From NCBI GenBank assembly GCA_902596545.1, contig CACJUH010000001.1, positions 70,858-134,857 on the forward strand: a DNA stretch of 64,000 nt. The letters are read 5' to 3'. Positions 11,190-20,622 of the stretch are shown here, piece by piece. Positions within the stretch are counted from its first letter, which is position 1. Each line of letters starts with the position of its first letter. The position numbers were made by a program, and so were the translations under genes. Below the pieces are notes generated by a model. It saw only the letters and a program-made list of their open reading frames with translations, made no database searches and was not told where the DNA came from. The stretch is from an uncultured Candidatus Actinomarina sp. GTDB lineage: Bacteria; Actinomycetota; Acidimicrobiia; Actinomarinales; Actinomarinaceae.

Positions 11190-12503
11190 ATGCAACTCTC
11201 AATATTTAGATATATATTTAAAATTCCAGACCTTAGAAAAAGAATATTTTTTACTCTTTTTATGTTTGCTGTTTACAGGCTCGGTGCAGCAGTGCCAGTA
11301 CCAGGAGTAGATTTAGAGGCTGTTCAACGTCTAACTGACTCAGGATCACAAGCTGGAATTTATGGTTTATTAAATTTATTCTCCGGAGGTGCTTTAGAGA
11401 CATTTTCTGTTTTTGCTTTAGGAATTATGCCATACATTACAGCTAGTATCATTCTTCAGCTATTGACAGTTGTGATACCAAGATTACAAAAACTACAAGA
11501 AGAAGGAGAGTCTGGTAGAAAAGTGATCACTCAATGGACAAGGTACATAACAGTAGTTTTAGCTCTATTGCAATCAACTGCCTTAACTTATTTATTTTCT
11601 AGAGGTAGTCTCACAGGTGGTATTTCACTTATTCCAAATTACACACCATCTAGAGTTGGATTGATAGTTTTAACAATGACTGCAGGTACTGCCTTTATTA
11701 TGTGGATTGGTGAGTTGATTTCACAAAGAGGAGTTGGAAATGGAATGTCATTAATTATTTTTGCTAGCATTGTAAGCCAGCTTCCTGCACAATTTGGAGG
11801 TGCATATCAGGTAACTGCTGGACAAGGAAGAATTGGACAATTTACATTTTTAATGCTCATGTTCTTTTTAATGATTGTTGGAATAATCTATGTTGAGCAA
11901 GGTCAAAGAAGAATCCCTATACAATTTGCAAAAAGAGTAAGAGGCAGAAAAGTTATGGGTGGTCAAAGCACATATATCCCTCTTAAGGTCAACAGTGCTG
12001 GAGTTATCCCAGTTATTTTTGCGACAAGTATTTTGTTTTTTCCTGCATTAGTAGCTACTTCATTACCACAAGATAATTCTGTTACTGCAGCAATTAGAAA
12101 TTGGATAGACGTTAACTTGGCAAATTCCCAGGGTACAACATGGTTTTATATTTTCTTTTTAGGGATATTGATAATATTTTTTACTTATTTTTATACAACT
12201 ATACAATTTGATCCAGTACGTCAATCAGACATGATCCGAAGGCAAGGTGGCTTCGTTCCAGGAGTAAGGCCGGGTATATCAACAACAAATTATTTGTCAC
12301 ATATAATAAACAGAATTACCTTACCAGGCTCTATATTTTTAGCATCCGTCGCAGTATTGCCATCGATAGCTTCTGCGATTTGGGATATACCTTTAGGTTT
12401 TAGCGGAATTTCAATCTTAATAACTGTCGGTGTTGCTCTTGAAACTATGAAGCAAATTGAAAGTCAGTTAAGCATGAGAAATTATGAAGGATTCATTGAT
12501 TGA
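11190..12503 (+). CDS. secY: Preprotein translocase subunit SecY
   Basis: 437 aa, 10-TM protein, conserved position after rplO. Confidence 0.95.
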   Translation: MQLSIFRYIFKIPDLRKRIFFTLFMFAVYRLGAAVPVPGVDLEAVQRLTDSGSQAGIYGLLNLFSGGALETFSVFALGIMPYITASIILQLLTVVIPRLQKLQEEGESGRKVITQWTRYITVVLALLQSTALTYLFSRGSLTGGISLIPNYTPSRVGLIVLTMTAGTAFIMWIGELISQRGVGNGMSLIIFASIVSQLPAQFGGAYQVTAGQGRIGQFTFLMLMFFLMIVGIIYVEQGQRRIPIQFAKRVRGRKVMGGQSTYIPLKVNSAGVIPVIFATSILFFPALVATSLPQDNSVTAAIRNWIDVNLANSQGTTWFYIFFLGILIIFFTYFYTTIQFDPVRQSDMIRRQGGFVPGVRPGISTTNYLSHIINRITLPGSIFLASVAVLPSIASAIWDIPLGFSGISILITVGVALETMKQIESQLSMRNYEGFID

Positions 12504-13060
12504 GTGAATTAAATATATTTCTTGGACCGCCAGGTGCAGGAAAAGGAACTCAAGCTCTGAAAATTGCGTCTGAATTTGACCTAGCCCATATCTCAACGGG
12601 TGATATGTTGAGAGAACATGTAAGCAGTGGAACTGAACTAGGTAAAATAGCTAAAAGTCTTCTTGATGAAGGAAATTTAGTCCCTGACAAATTAGTTATA
12701 GAAATGCTTCTAGAGAGACTGAATAATGAAGACTGTAAGAATGGTGCAATCCTTGATGGCTTCCCCAGAACCTTACCCCAAGCTAAAAGCTTAGAGAGTT
12801 TAGATAAAGAATTTCCTGTTGCGAAAGTTTTTGTATTTGAAGTAAACGAAGATGAATTAATAAAAAGAATTTTACTAAGAGGGGAAATGACTGGCAGATC
12901 CGATGATACTGAAGATTCAATTAAGGTCAGGTTTGAAGTTTACAAAAAAGATACGCAGCCTTTAGTTGATTTTTATAATGAAAAAAACTTGGTAAATGTT
13001 ATAGATGCTGTTGGGGAAGTAGAGGATATTTACAACTCAATTTCTAGACACTTTAAATAA
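12500..13060 (+). CDS. adk: Adenylate kinase
   Basis: GPPGAGKGTQA P-loop, short-LID form, TTG start overlapping the secY stop. Confidence 0.9.
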   Translation: MSELNIFLGPPGAGKGTQALKIASEFDLAHISTGDMLREHVSSGTELGKIAKSLLDEGNLVPDKLVIEMLLERLNNEDCKNGAILDGFPRTLPQAKSLESLDKEFPVAKVFVFEVNEDELIKRILLRGEMTGRSDDTEDSIKVRFEVYKKDTQPLVDFYNEKNLVNVIDAVGEVEDIYNSISRHFK

Positions 13061-13812
13061 TGATTACATATAAAACACCAGAAGATTTTAAAAAGATGGA
13101 AGCTGCAGGAAAAGTTGTATCAAATATACACTATGAAATTTATGATAAAACAAAAGCAGGAATGACACTTATTGATTTAGACGATATTGCCAAAAATATA
13201 ATTGAGAAGTCAAATGTAAAAGCTAGTTTTTTAGGATATCACGATTATCCAGCTCATATATGTGCTTCACCAAATGATGTAATTGTTCATGGAATACCCA
13301 ATGATTATGTTGTAAATGAAGGAGATATAATTTCTATTGATGTTGGCGTTATTTTTGAAGGATATCATGCTGATGCAGCTTTTAGTTTTGGTGTTGGTGA
13401 AATTACAGAAGAAGAAAAAAATCTATTATCAAAAACTAAACATGCACTTCATGAAGGTATAAAACTTGTAAAGGATGGTCAAAAACTGGGAACAATTGGT
13501 CATAAAATTGACAAAATAGCTAAGAAAAACAATTTTGGCAATGTTAGGAACTATGTTGGTCATGGAATAGGTCAAGAAATGCACGAAGAACCCCAAGTAC
13601 CCCATTATGGTAAGAAGAATCAAGGTTTTGAATTAAAAACAGGTATGGCAATATGTATTGAGCCAATGTTTAATCTTGGTACAGAAGAGAATTTTATTGA
13701 TGAAGATGGCTGGACAATTAGAACATTAGATGGAAAAAAGTCTGCACATTGGGAACATACTGTAGGAATTACCGAGGAAGGAACACGTGTTTTTACTGAA
13801 AACTTATTTTAA
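13060..13812 (+). CDS. map: Methionine aminopeptidase type I
   Basis: 250 aa, metal-ligand motifs (D..D..H..E..E), conserved position. Confidence 0.93.
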   Translation: MITYKTPEDFKKMEAAGKVVSNIHYEIYDKTKAGMTLIDLDDIAKNIIEKSNVKASFLGYHDYPAHICASPNDVIVHGIPNDYVVNEGDIISIDVGVIFEGYHADAAFSFGVGEITEEEKNLLSKTKHALHEGIKLVKDGQKLGTIGHKIDKIAKKNNFGNVRNYVGHGIGQEMHEEPQVPHYGKKNQGFELKTGMAICIEPMFNLGTEENFIDEDGWTIRTLDGKKSAHWEHTVGITEEGTRVFTENLF

Positions 13813-13878
13813 TTTTGTGTTTGTAATAGTTTCAAATCGCACTAATCTAGTAAATCGGTCACATAATCAAGGCTAATT

Positions 13879-14103
13879 TTGGTAGAAAAAGAAAAAAACA
13901 TAATAAAAGTCCAAGGGACAGTTATGGAAACACTGCCAAATGCCTCTTTTAAGGTTCAGCTTGAAAGTGGAGCTGAAATATTAGCTCATGTGTCTGGAAA
14001 AATGAGAATGAGGTACATTAGAATCCTTCCAGGTGATGTTGTTGAAATGGAAGTTTCACCATATGATCCAACAAGAGGTAGGATTATTTGGAGACATAAA
14101 TGA
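13879..14103 (+). CDS. infA: Translation initiation factor IF-1
   Basis: 74 aa, S1-like fold, [19 protein letters not shown] motif, apparent TTG start. Confidence 0.9.
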   Translation: MVEKEKNIIKVQGTVMETLPNASFKVQLESGAEILAHVSGKMRMRYIRILPGDVVEMEVSPYDPTRGRIIWRHK

Positions 14104-14216
14104 AAGTTAAAGCAAGTATTAAAAAGCGTGGTCCAAATGACCAAATTGTAAGAAGAAAAGGAAAGCTTTACGTAATTAATAAAAGAAATCCTAGACACAA
14201 ACAAAGGCAAGGTTAA
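14100..14216 (+). CDS. rpmJ: 50S ribosomal protein L36, cysteine-free (zinc-independent) form
   Basis: 38 aa, [38 protein letters not shown]. Overlaps infA by ATGA. All four zinc-ribbon Cys/His positions are replaced. Confidence 0.85.
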   Translation: MKVKASIKKRGPNDQIVRRKGKLYVINKRNPRHKQRQG

Positions 14217-14222
14217 TTTACA

Positions 14223-14600
14223 ATGGCACGTATTTCAGGTATTGATATCCCAAGGGATAAGAGAGTTATAGCATCTTTGAGATACATCCATGGAATCGGA
14301 TCCAAAAGAGCTGAAGATATTTGTGTTGATTTAAAAATTGACCCCAGCACAAGAGTAAGTAATTTAACAAATGATGAAGTTGCTCAAATTAGAAAATACA
14401 TCGAAGCTAATTTTAGAGTTGAGGGAGATCTTAGACGAGATGTGTCCCAAAATATTCGTAGAAAAACAGAAATTGGAACATATCAAGGATTAAGGCACAG
14501 AATGGGATTACCAGTCAGAGGACAGAGAACTCACACTAATGCTAGAACACGAAAAGGCCCAAGATTTGCAATTGCCGGAAAAAAGAAAGCGACTAAATAA
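14223..14600 (+). CDS. rpsM: 30S ribosomal protein S13
   Basis: [15 protein letters not shown] is canonical. Confidence 0.95.
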   Translation: MARISGIDIPRDKRVIASLRYIHGIGSKRAEDICVDLKIDPSTRVSNLTNDEVAQIRKYIEANFRVEGDLRRDVSQNIRRKTEIGTYQGLRHRMGLPVRGQRTHTNARTRKGPRFAIAGKKKATK

Positions 14601-14602
14601 TA

Positions 14603-14986
14603 ATGGCAGATCAAAAAACTAAAAAGAAGAACAAGAAAAACGTTCCTTCAGGAGTAGCTCATATTAAAGCTAGTTTCAACAACACAATAATTAATATTTC
14701 TGACCCAGCCGGACAAACAATTGCTTGGACATCCGGTGGTTCAGTAGGATTTAAAGGTTCAAGAAAATCTACACCCTATGCTGCTCAAGTCGCTGCAGAA
14801 GAGGCAGTTCGAAGAGCTACAGAGCACGGTGTGCATAAGCTAGACATTATCATTAGCGGCACTGGTGCTGGTAGAGAAACAGCTGTTAGAACTCTACAAA
14901 ATATGGGAATGGATGTAGGGACTATTAAAGATATAACACCAACACCTCACAATGGGTGCAGACCCAAGAAAAGAAGAAGGGGATAA
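14603..14986 (+). CDS. rpsK: 30S ribosomal protein S11
   Basis: 127 aa, S11-like. Confidence 0.95.
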   Translation: MADQKTKKKNKKNVPSGVAHIKASFNNTIINISDPAGQTIAWTSGGSVGFKGSRKSTPYAAQVAAEEAVRRATEHGVHKLDIIISGTGAGRETAVRTLQNMGMDVGTIKDITPTPHNGCRPKKRRRG

Positions 14987-15600
14987 TGGCTAGATATACA
15001 GGACCTCGAGTTAGAGTATCAAGAAGAATAGGCTTTAATGTATTTGAAAATAGGAAGGGCGACAAAGCACTTCAAGATAGACCATATCCTCCTGGAGAAA
15101 ATGGAAGAAAGCGTGCAAGAGAAACTGATTACGGCACCCAATTAAAAGAAAAGCAAAAAGTTAGATATATGTATGGTGTCCTAGAAAAGCAATTTAGAAA
15201 TTACTATAAAGAAGCTTCAAGAATGAATGGCATAACTGGTGAGAACCTTTTAATTTTACTTGAATCAAGACTTGATAATGTAATTTATAGAGCTGGTTTT
15301 GCATCTACCAGACCTCAAGCAAGACAGCTTGTATCACACAGACATTTCAAATTAAATGGAAAATTCGTAGACGTTCCATCGCATCAAGTTAAAGCTGGAG
15401 ATGTAATTGAGATAAAAGACTCAAGCCAAGATTTAATTGTTATTCAACACACCATTGATACTGGTCAAGACTACGTTATACCTTCTTGGTTGGATGTCGA
15501 TAGTAAAAAGAAAATTGTAAAGATTGCTGCATCTCCCACAAGGAATGATGCAAGTTCACAAATTGAAGAACAATTAATAGTAGAGCTTTATTCAAAATAA
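14986..15600 (+). CDS. rpsD: 30S ribosomal protein S4
   Basis: Trimmed to ATG 14986 ([14 protein letters not shown]), TAATG junction with rpsK. Confidence 0.93.
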   Translation: MARYTGPRVRVSRRIGFNVFENRKGDKALQDRPYPPGENGRKRARETDYGTQLKEKQKVRYMYGVLEKQFRNYYKEASRMNGITGENLLILLESRLDNVIYRAGFASTRPQARQLVSHRHFKLNGKFVDVPSHQVKAGDVIEIKDSSQDLIVIQHTIDTGQDYVIPSWLDVDSKKKIVKIAASPTRNDASSQIEEQLIVELYSK

Positions 15601-15621
15601 AATTTGAGAGGAGAAAATAAT

Positions 15622-16581
15622 ATGTTGATGCTACAAAGACCTGAAATTACTCAAGAAGACCTTGGTAATAACAGAACAAAATTTGTTATCGAACCGCTTG
15701 AGCCAGGTTTTGGATTAACACTTGGTAACACAATGAGGAGAGCACTTTTATCAAGAGTTCCTGGAGTTGCTGTAACTGGAATAAAAATTGACGGTGTGAA
15801 TCATGAATTTACATCTATACCCGGTGTAGTAGAAGATGTTTTAGATCTTCTTTTAAATCTAAAACGATTAGTCTTGAAAGTCGAAGATCAAGAAAACCAC
15901 ACATTAACAGTCAAAGCTAAGGGTCCTGGTGATGTCCTAGCTGCACAAATTCAATGTCCAGCAGGAGTTGAAGTTGTAAATACTGACTTAAAAGTTTGTA
16001 CGCTTTCAGATGGAGCCACATTAGACATGGAAGTATCAATCGCTCATGGTGTCGGATATCGACTTGCAGATAAAAATAAGACTAGTGACTCTAGCTTTAT
16101 TCCTATCGACTCGATTTTTTCTCCAATTGTAAGCGTAAGTTACGGAGTTTCCCCTACTCAAGTTGGACAAGTTACTGACTATGATAAATTAACTTTAGAT
16201 GTTGAAACTGATGGTTCAATTGAGCCTAGTGAAGCAATATCTTCAGTTGGCAAAACTTTGGGTGAATTATGGAAGCTTTTTGCTGATATAGATGAAGGTG
16301 TTGGACTCGAGCTTGGTGAGCTTACAATTTCTGAAGGCAGTTCCCCAGATCTCTCATTATCTGTTGATGCTTTAGATTTATCTGAAAGACCAAGAAATTG
16401 TCTTGGAAGAGAAAACATCACTACTGTGGGACAAATTCTTGAATATACAGAAGATGATTTGTTGAACTTAACTAACTTTGGTCAAAAAAGCTTAGATGAG
16501 CTTGTAGCAAAGTTAGATGAATTAGGTTTAAGCTTACCAACAAGTTCCGACCTAGACTCTGGAGATATGGCTGATGCCTAA
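15622..16581 (+). CDS. rpoA: DNA-directed RNA polymerase alpha subunit
   Basis: Start set at ATG 15622, preceded by a GAGAGGAG ribosome-binding site. N-terminal domain, C-terminal domain and an acidic tail. Confidence 0.93.
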   Translation: MLMLQRPEITQEDLGNNRTKFVIEPLEPGFGLTLGNTMRRALLSRVPGVAVTGIKIDGVNHEFTSIPGVVEDVLDLLLNLKRLVLKVEDQENHTLTVKAKGPGDVLAAQIQCPAGVEVVNTDLKVCTLSDGATLDMEVSIAHGVGYRLADKNKTSDSSFIPIDSIFSPIVSVSYGVSPTQVGQVTDYDKLTLDVETDGSIEPSEAISSVGKTLGELWKLFADIDEGVGLELGELTISEGSSPDLSLSVDALDLSERPRNCLGRENITTVGQILEYTEDDLLNLTNFGQKSLDELVAKLDELGLSLPTSSDLDSGDMADA

Positions 16582-16924
16582 ACCAACTAAAGGTAAAAGA
16601 CTTGGGGGCTCATCTTCCCATGAAGATCAAATTATAAGTAATTTGATAAGTGCTTTGATTCAACATGAAAAAATTGAGACAACAGTTACTAAAGCAAAGA
16701 CAGTAAAGCCTTACGCTGAAAAAGTAATTACCAAAGCCAAAAAAGGATCTTTACATGACAGGAGACAAGTTTTGAAAATGATTCAAGACAAATCTGTAGT
16801 AGCAAAACTATTTGAAGAAATTGGTCCCAAGTATGAAGACCGTGATGGTGGTTATACAAGAATTACAAGAACAAGACATAGACAGGGTGATGGTACAGAA
16901 TTAGCTATTTTAGAGCTAGTTTAA
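16574..16924 (+). CDS. rplQ: 50S ribosomal protein L17
   Basis: 116 aa, L17-like. Confidence 0.93.
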   Translation: MPKPTKGKRLGGSSSHEDQIISNLISALIQHEKIETTVTKAKTVKPYAEKVITKAKKGSLHDRRQVLKMIQDKSVVAKLFEEIGPKYEDRDGGYTRITRTRHRQGDGTELAILELV

Positions 16925-16927
16925 AGA

Positions 16928-17473
16928 GTGAACTCACTTAAAAATATTTGGTCACAATTTAAAAAATTTATAAGATTTGATCAGTCAACTTTTATTCAAA
17001 TCAGTAATGACAGGTATGAATCTGGAAATGCCCTAATAGTAGTATTACTGAGCTTGCTGTCTATTTATATACCTTTGGTCATTAATGCTTCAGTAGTCAA
17101 TGTTGCAGATATAATTTTTTATGGAGTTGTTGATGGAATTTTTGCATGGCTTTTTGCAAATCTTGCAATTTGGTTTTTATTATCAAGAGCATTTAATCAA
17201 CAAATCGAAATCCCTTCTCTTTTAGTTTTTACAGGCTACACACATGGTCTTGTAGGATTCATTGGTGTAGTTGTTTTAATAAATTCCTTGATCACTATTC
17301 CAGCCATTTTTTTGCAAATTACAACTATATCAATTTTTGCTTGGATGTATTTTGTATTATCAAAATCTCTACGTTCAGCTTTTTTATTTGAGGATAGGGT
17401 AGCAAGTATAACAACAGTGACTTTTTTACTTGTATTAACATTATTTTCAGACCCAATCCGTATTTTTGTTTAA
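16928..17473 (+). CDS. Hypothetical integral membrane protein, possibly Yip1-like
   Basis: 181 aa, GTG start, 4-5 predicted TM helices. No catalytic motif recognised. Confidence 0.5.
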   Translation: MNSLKNIWSQFKKFIRFDQSTFIQISNDRYESGNALIVVLLSLLSIYIPLVINASVVNVADIIFYGVVDGIFAWLFANLAIWFLLSRAFNQQIEIPSLLVFTGYTHGLVGFIGVVVLINSLITIPAIFLQITTISIFAWMYFVLSKSLRSAFLFEDRVASITTVTFLLVLTLFSDPIRIFV

Positions 17474-18199
17474 ATGCAAAATTACAAAGTAAGTATTGCA
17501 TATGATGGATCAAGCTTTTATGGATTTCAAAAACAAAAAAGTAGACCAACTGTACAAGGAAAAATAGAAGAAGTTCTTGATCTACTGATTGAAGATTACG
17601 AATTAAATTATTCTGGTAGAACTGATGCTGGAGTACATGCAAAAGAACAAGTATTAAACATTCTTACGGATATTAAAATTACTGAAAAATTAATCTCTTC
17701 AATTGATAAATTACTTGGAAACTCTATTTCAGTAAATTCATTTAATCAAATTAGTAATGATTTTCATGCTAGGTACAGTGCAAAAGAACGAACTTATGTT
17801 TACTCTACAATGGATAATCAAAAAAAATTACCTTATTTACTTAATAGTACTCACCAACATAATTCATCACTCGATTTGGAAAAGTTGAATGAAATATCTC
17901 AATTATTTTTGGGAAAGAATGACTTTTCATCATTTGCTAAAGTTGAAAAAAATAAAAATCCTGAAAGAGAAATTTTTAAAAGTGTATGGAAAAAAAACTC
18001 TAATATTTTTACATATACAATTACTGGAAATTCATTCCTTAGAAATATGGTGAGAAATTTAGTCGGCGTACAACTGGCTTTTAATGATAATAAATTAACA
18101 TTAAAAGAAATAAAATCACAATTAGATAAACCTGATGGAAATCGTTTAAATTATATAGCTCCTGCTAACGGTTTAACTCTTTGGAAAGTTAAATACTAG
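17474..18199 (+). CDS. truA: tRNA pseudouridine(38-40) synthase
   Basis: 241 aa with the catalytic Asp motif region (GRTDAGVHA). Conserved position after rplQ. Confidence 0.9.
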   Translation: MQNYKVSIAYDGSSFYGFQKQKSRPTVQGKIEEVLDLLIEDYELNYSGRTDAGVHAKEQVLNILTDIKITEKLISSIDKLLGNSISVNSFNQISNDFHARYSAKERTYVYSTMDNQKKLPYLLNSTHQHNSSLDLEKLNEISQLFLGKNDFSSFAKVEKNKNPEREIFKSVWKKNSNIFTYTITGNSFLRNMVRNLVGVQLAFNDNKLTLKEIKSQLDKPDGNRLNYIAPANGLTLWKVKY

Positions 18200-18259
18200 T
18201 TTTCATAAATATATATGCACTTTATACTAGTATTTCGTTACAATTCTAAAGATTGATAA

Positions 18260-18721
18260 ATGAATACAAAAACAACATTTGAAGGAATAGAATCCTCAGA
18301 ACGCAACTGGCACTTAGTTGATGCAAGTGGTCTACCTATTGGAAGACTAGCCAGTGAAATTGCACAAATTTTGAGAGGAAAACATAAACCTCAATACGCA
18401 CCTCATTTAGATGTAGGAGATCACGTAGTTGTAATAAACGCTTCAAAAATATCTATTACTTCAAAAAAGTCTGAACAAAAAATGTACCATTCACATTCCG
18501 GATTTCCTGGAGGTATAAAATCTGAAAGTTTTAATTCTCTAAGGCAGAGAAAGCCAGAAAAAATAATTGAACGCGCTGTATGGGGTATGTTGCCAAAAAA
18601 TAGATTAGGAAGATCTATATTAAAAAAGCTTCACATATACGCAGATTCAAACCACCCTCATCAAAGTCAAGATCCAAAAGAGCTAAGTTTTAACATAAAG
18701 AAAGTAGAAGAAAATGGCTAA
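18260..18721 (+). CDS. rplM: 50S ribosomal protein L13
   Basis: 153 aa, L13-like. Confidence 0.95.
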   Translation: MNTKTTFEGIESSERNWHLVDASGLPIGRLASEIAQILRGKHKPQYAPHLDVGDHVVVINASKISITSKKSEQKMYHSHSGFPGGIKSESFNSLRQRKPEKIIERAVWGMLPKNRLGRSILKKLHIYADSNHPHQSQDPKELSFNIKKVEENG

Positions 18722-19103
18722 CTCATTTTATGGAACTGGAAGAAGAAAAACCTCTGTAGCAAGAGTTACTTTAACTGAAGGTACAGGAAAATTTACATTC
18801 AACGGAAAAGATGTAGAACAATATTTTCCAAGTCCATCTATGAAAATGACAATTGAGAAACCTTTTAAAGTTGTAAACATGGATTCAAAATATGATGTTG
18901 TTGCCAATGTAAGTGGTAGTGGATTATCAGCTCAGGCAGACGCAGTTTCACTTGGAATATCACGTGCATTATTAGAAGTTGATCCTGACTTAAGACCTAA
19001 ATTAAAAAAAGCCGGGTTGCTTACTCGAGACGCGAGAAAAGTTGAGCGTAAAAAATATGGTCTCAAGAAAGCAAGAAGAGCCGAGCAATTTACTAAGAGA
19101 TAG
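18714..19103 (+). CDS. rpsI: 30S ribosomal protein S9
   Basis: 129 aa, C-terminal ...KKYGLKKARRAEQFTKR. Confidence 0.95.
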   Translation: MANSFYGTGRRKTSVARVTLTEGTGKFTFNGKDVEQYFPSPSMKMTIEKPFKVVNMDSKYDVVANVSGSGLSAQADAVSLGISRALLEVDPDLRPKLKKAGLLTRDARKVERKKYGLKKARRAEQFTKR

Positions 19104-19111
19104 TCAAAAAA

Positions 19112-20419
19112 TTGAAGCAATATTTCGGTACTGATGGAATCCGAGGTATTCCAAACGAAACTCTGAATAAAGATTTAGTTTCAAAAATATTTTCTTCTGT
19201 AGAGTTACTTTTATCACCAAAATCCGTGGCAGTAATTTTAGATACAAGAAGTTCATCGTTAGAACTTCTAGATTGGATATGTGCTGGCTTAAGTGAAAAT
19301 GTCGAGGTTATTAATTATGGAGTGCTTCCTTCTGGTTCAATGCCTGTTCTTTTAAAAGAATTCAATCATGATCTTGGTGTAATTATTTCAGCATCTCATA
19401 ACCCAAGTGAATATAACGGTATTAAATTAATTGATCATAAAGGTTCAAAACTATCTGACAATCTTGAGATAGATATAGAAAAAGCTCTGTCTGATGTTAA
19501 TTTACCTAAAGAGTTTACAACTTCCAAAGAATCTCAAAATGGATATCAAGCCTACCTTGAGTTTTTAAATAATTTAATTAATTTTGATCTAGCTAAATTT
19601 AATGTATTGTTTGATACAGCTAATGGGTCTTCATATAAAATAATTGAAGATTTGTTTAAGTCAAAAAAAGCTAAATATAGAATAATTTCAAATAATCCAG
19701 ATGGAGAAAATATAAATTTAAATTGTGGAGCAACTCACCTCGATAACTTAAAGCAAAATAGTGGAAAAAATGAAATTGGTGCAGCGTTTGATGGTGATGC
19801 AGATCGACTCATTTTGCTAGATGAGGAAGGAAATATTTGTAATGGTGATGTGATTATATTATTAATTGCAAAGTATCTTGAGGCAATTAATCAGTTAAAC
19901 AATAAAGTGGTCGTATCAACAGTTATGGCAAATTACGGCTTTAAAAATTCAATGGATAAAAACAATTTTAAGAATATTGAAACTAAAGTAGGCGACAAAT
20001 ATGTTGCAGAAGCGATGGATGAAAACAATGCCTCAATAGGTGGGGAGCAATCTGGTCATATAATTATTTCTGAAGCATTACCAGTAGGTGATGGCCTTGT
20101 AACTTTAATATACTGCTTAAAAGCACTTGCATTTTTTGACACTACATTATCAAAATTTAAATCTGAAAATATTGAGGAATATCCGCAAAAATTAGTCAAT
20201 CTTGAATTGAGTACTATGCCTGAGGAAAACCAAATTAAAGAATTGAATAAAATAGCAAAAAAATTGACTGATAAATACGATTTAGATGGAAGGTACTTGA
20301 TTAGAAATTCAGGAACTGAGCCATTACTTAGAGTGCTAATTGAAGCTAAAGATAGTAATTCTGTAAATGAATTTAGTGATGAATTAATAAACAATATTAA
20401 AAACTATCTTTTTACTTAA
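19112..20419 (+). CDS. glmM: Phosphoglucosamine mutase
   Basis: MKQYFGTDGIRG N-terminus, SASHNPSEYNGIK phosphoserine loop, TTG start. Confidence 0.92.
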   Translation: MKQYFGTDGIRGIPNETLNKDLVSKIFSSVELLLSPKSVAVILDTRSSSLELLDWICAGLSENVEVINYGVLPSGSMPVLLKEFNHDLGVIISASHNPSEYNGIKLIDHKGSKLSDNLEIDIEKALSDVNLPKEFTTSKESQNGYQAYLEFLNNLINFDLAKFNVLFDTANGSSYKIIEDLFKSKKAKYRIISNNPDGENINLNCGATHLDNLKQNSGKNEIGAAFDGDADRLILLDEEGNICNGDVIILLIAKYLEAINQLNNKVVVSTVMANYGFKNSMDKNNFKNIETKVGDKYVAEAMDENNASIGGEQSGHIIISEALPVGDGLVTLIYCLKALAFFDTTLSKFKSENIEEYPQKLVNLELSTMPEENQIKELNKIAKKLTDKYDLDGRYLIRNSGTEPLLRVLIEAKDSNSVNEFSDELINNIKNYLFT

Positions 20420-20449
20420 TTTTTTTACTTATAATATATACAACGAGCA

Positions 20450-20592
20450 AATTAGCGCCAGGCCTTGAAAAAGGTGACGAGGTGGTATGTTATCGAAAAA
20501 TTCGGCGGATGCATACTCGGCTCTACGGTCGTAATAAATTGTTTAAAAACAGCAAGAAATTGTTGAACAGAGTCAATTTAACGTAGTCTTAA
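20450..20592 (+). ncRNA. glmS ribozyme (GlcN6P-dependent self-cleaving riboswitch) in the glmS 5' leader
   Basis: Conserved core blocks: A|GCGCCAG..., GACGAGG, GUUAUCGAA, UUCGGCGGAUGC, CGGCU, a GCCGUAA-like and a UUGAACAGAG P4-like segment. Expected cleavage site is between A20454 and G20455. Confidence 0.8.
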
Positions 20593-20622
20593 TTTCAACT
20601 TGCTCGTTGGAATGGAGAAAGT

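Noticed and set aside
15604-15621. TTG 15604 start for rpoA, MNLLDS... extension of tsaD (25332), MERI extension of aroE (32099) and [10 protein letters not shown] extension of rpsD (14956)
   Set aside because: In each case the conserved protein N-terminus starts at a downstream ATG. That ATG either has a better-placed ribosome-binding site or forms a typical overlap with the upstream gene's stop.
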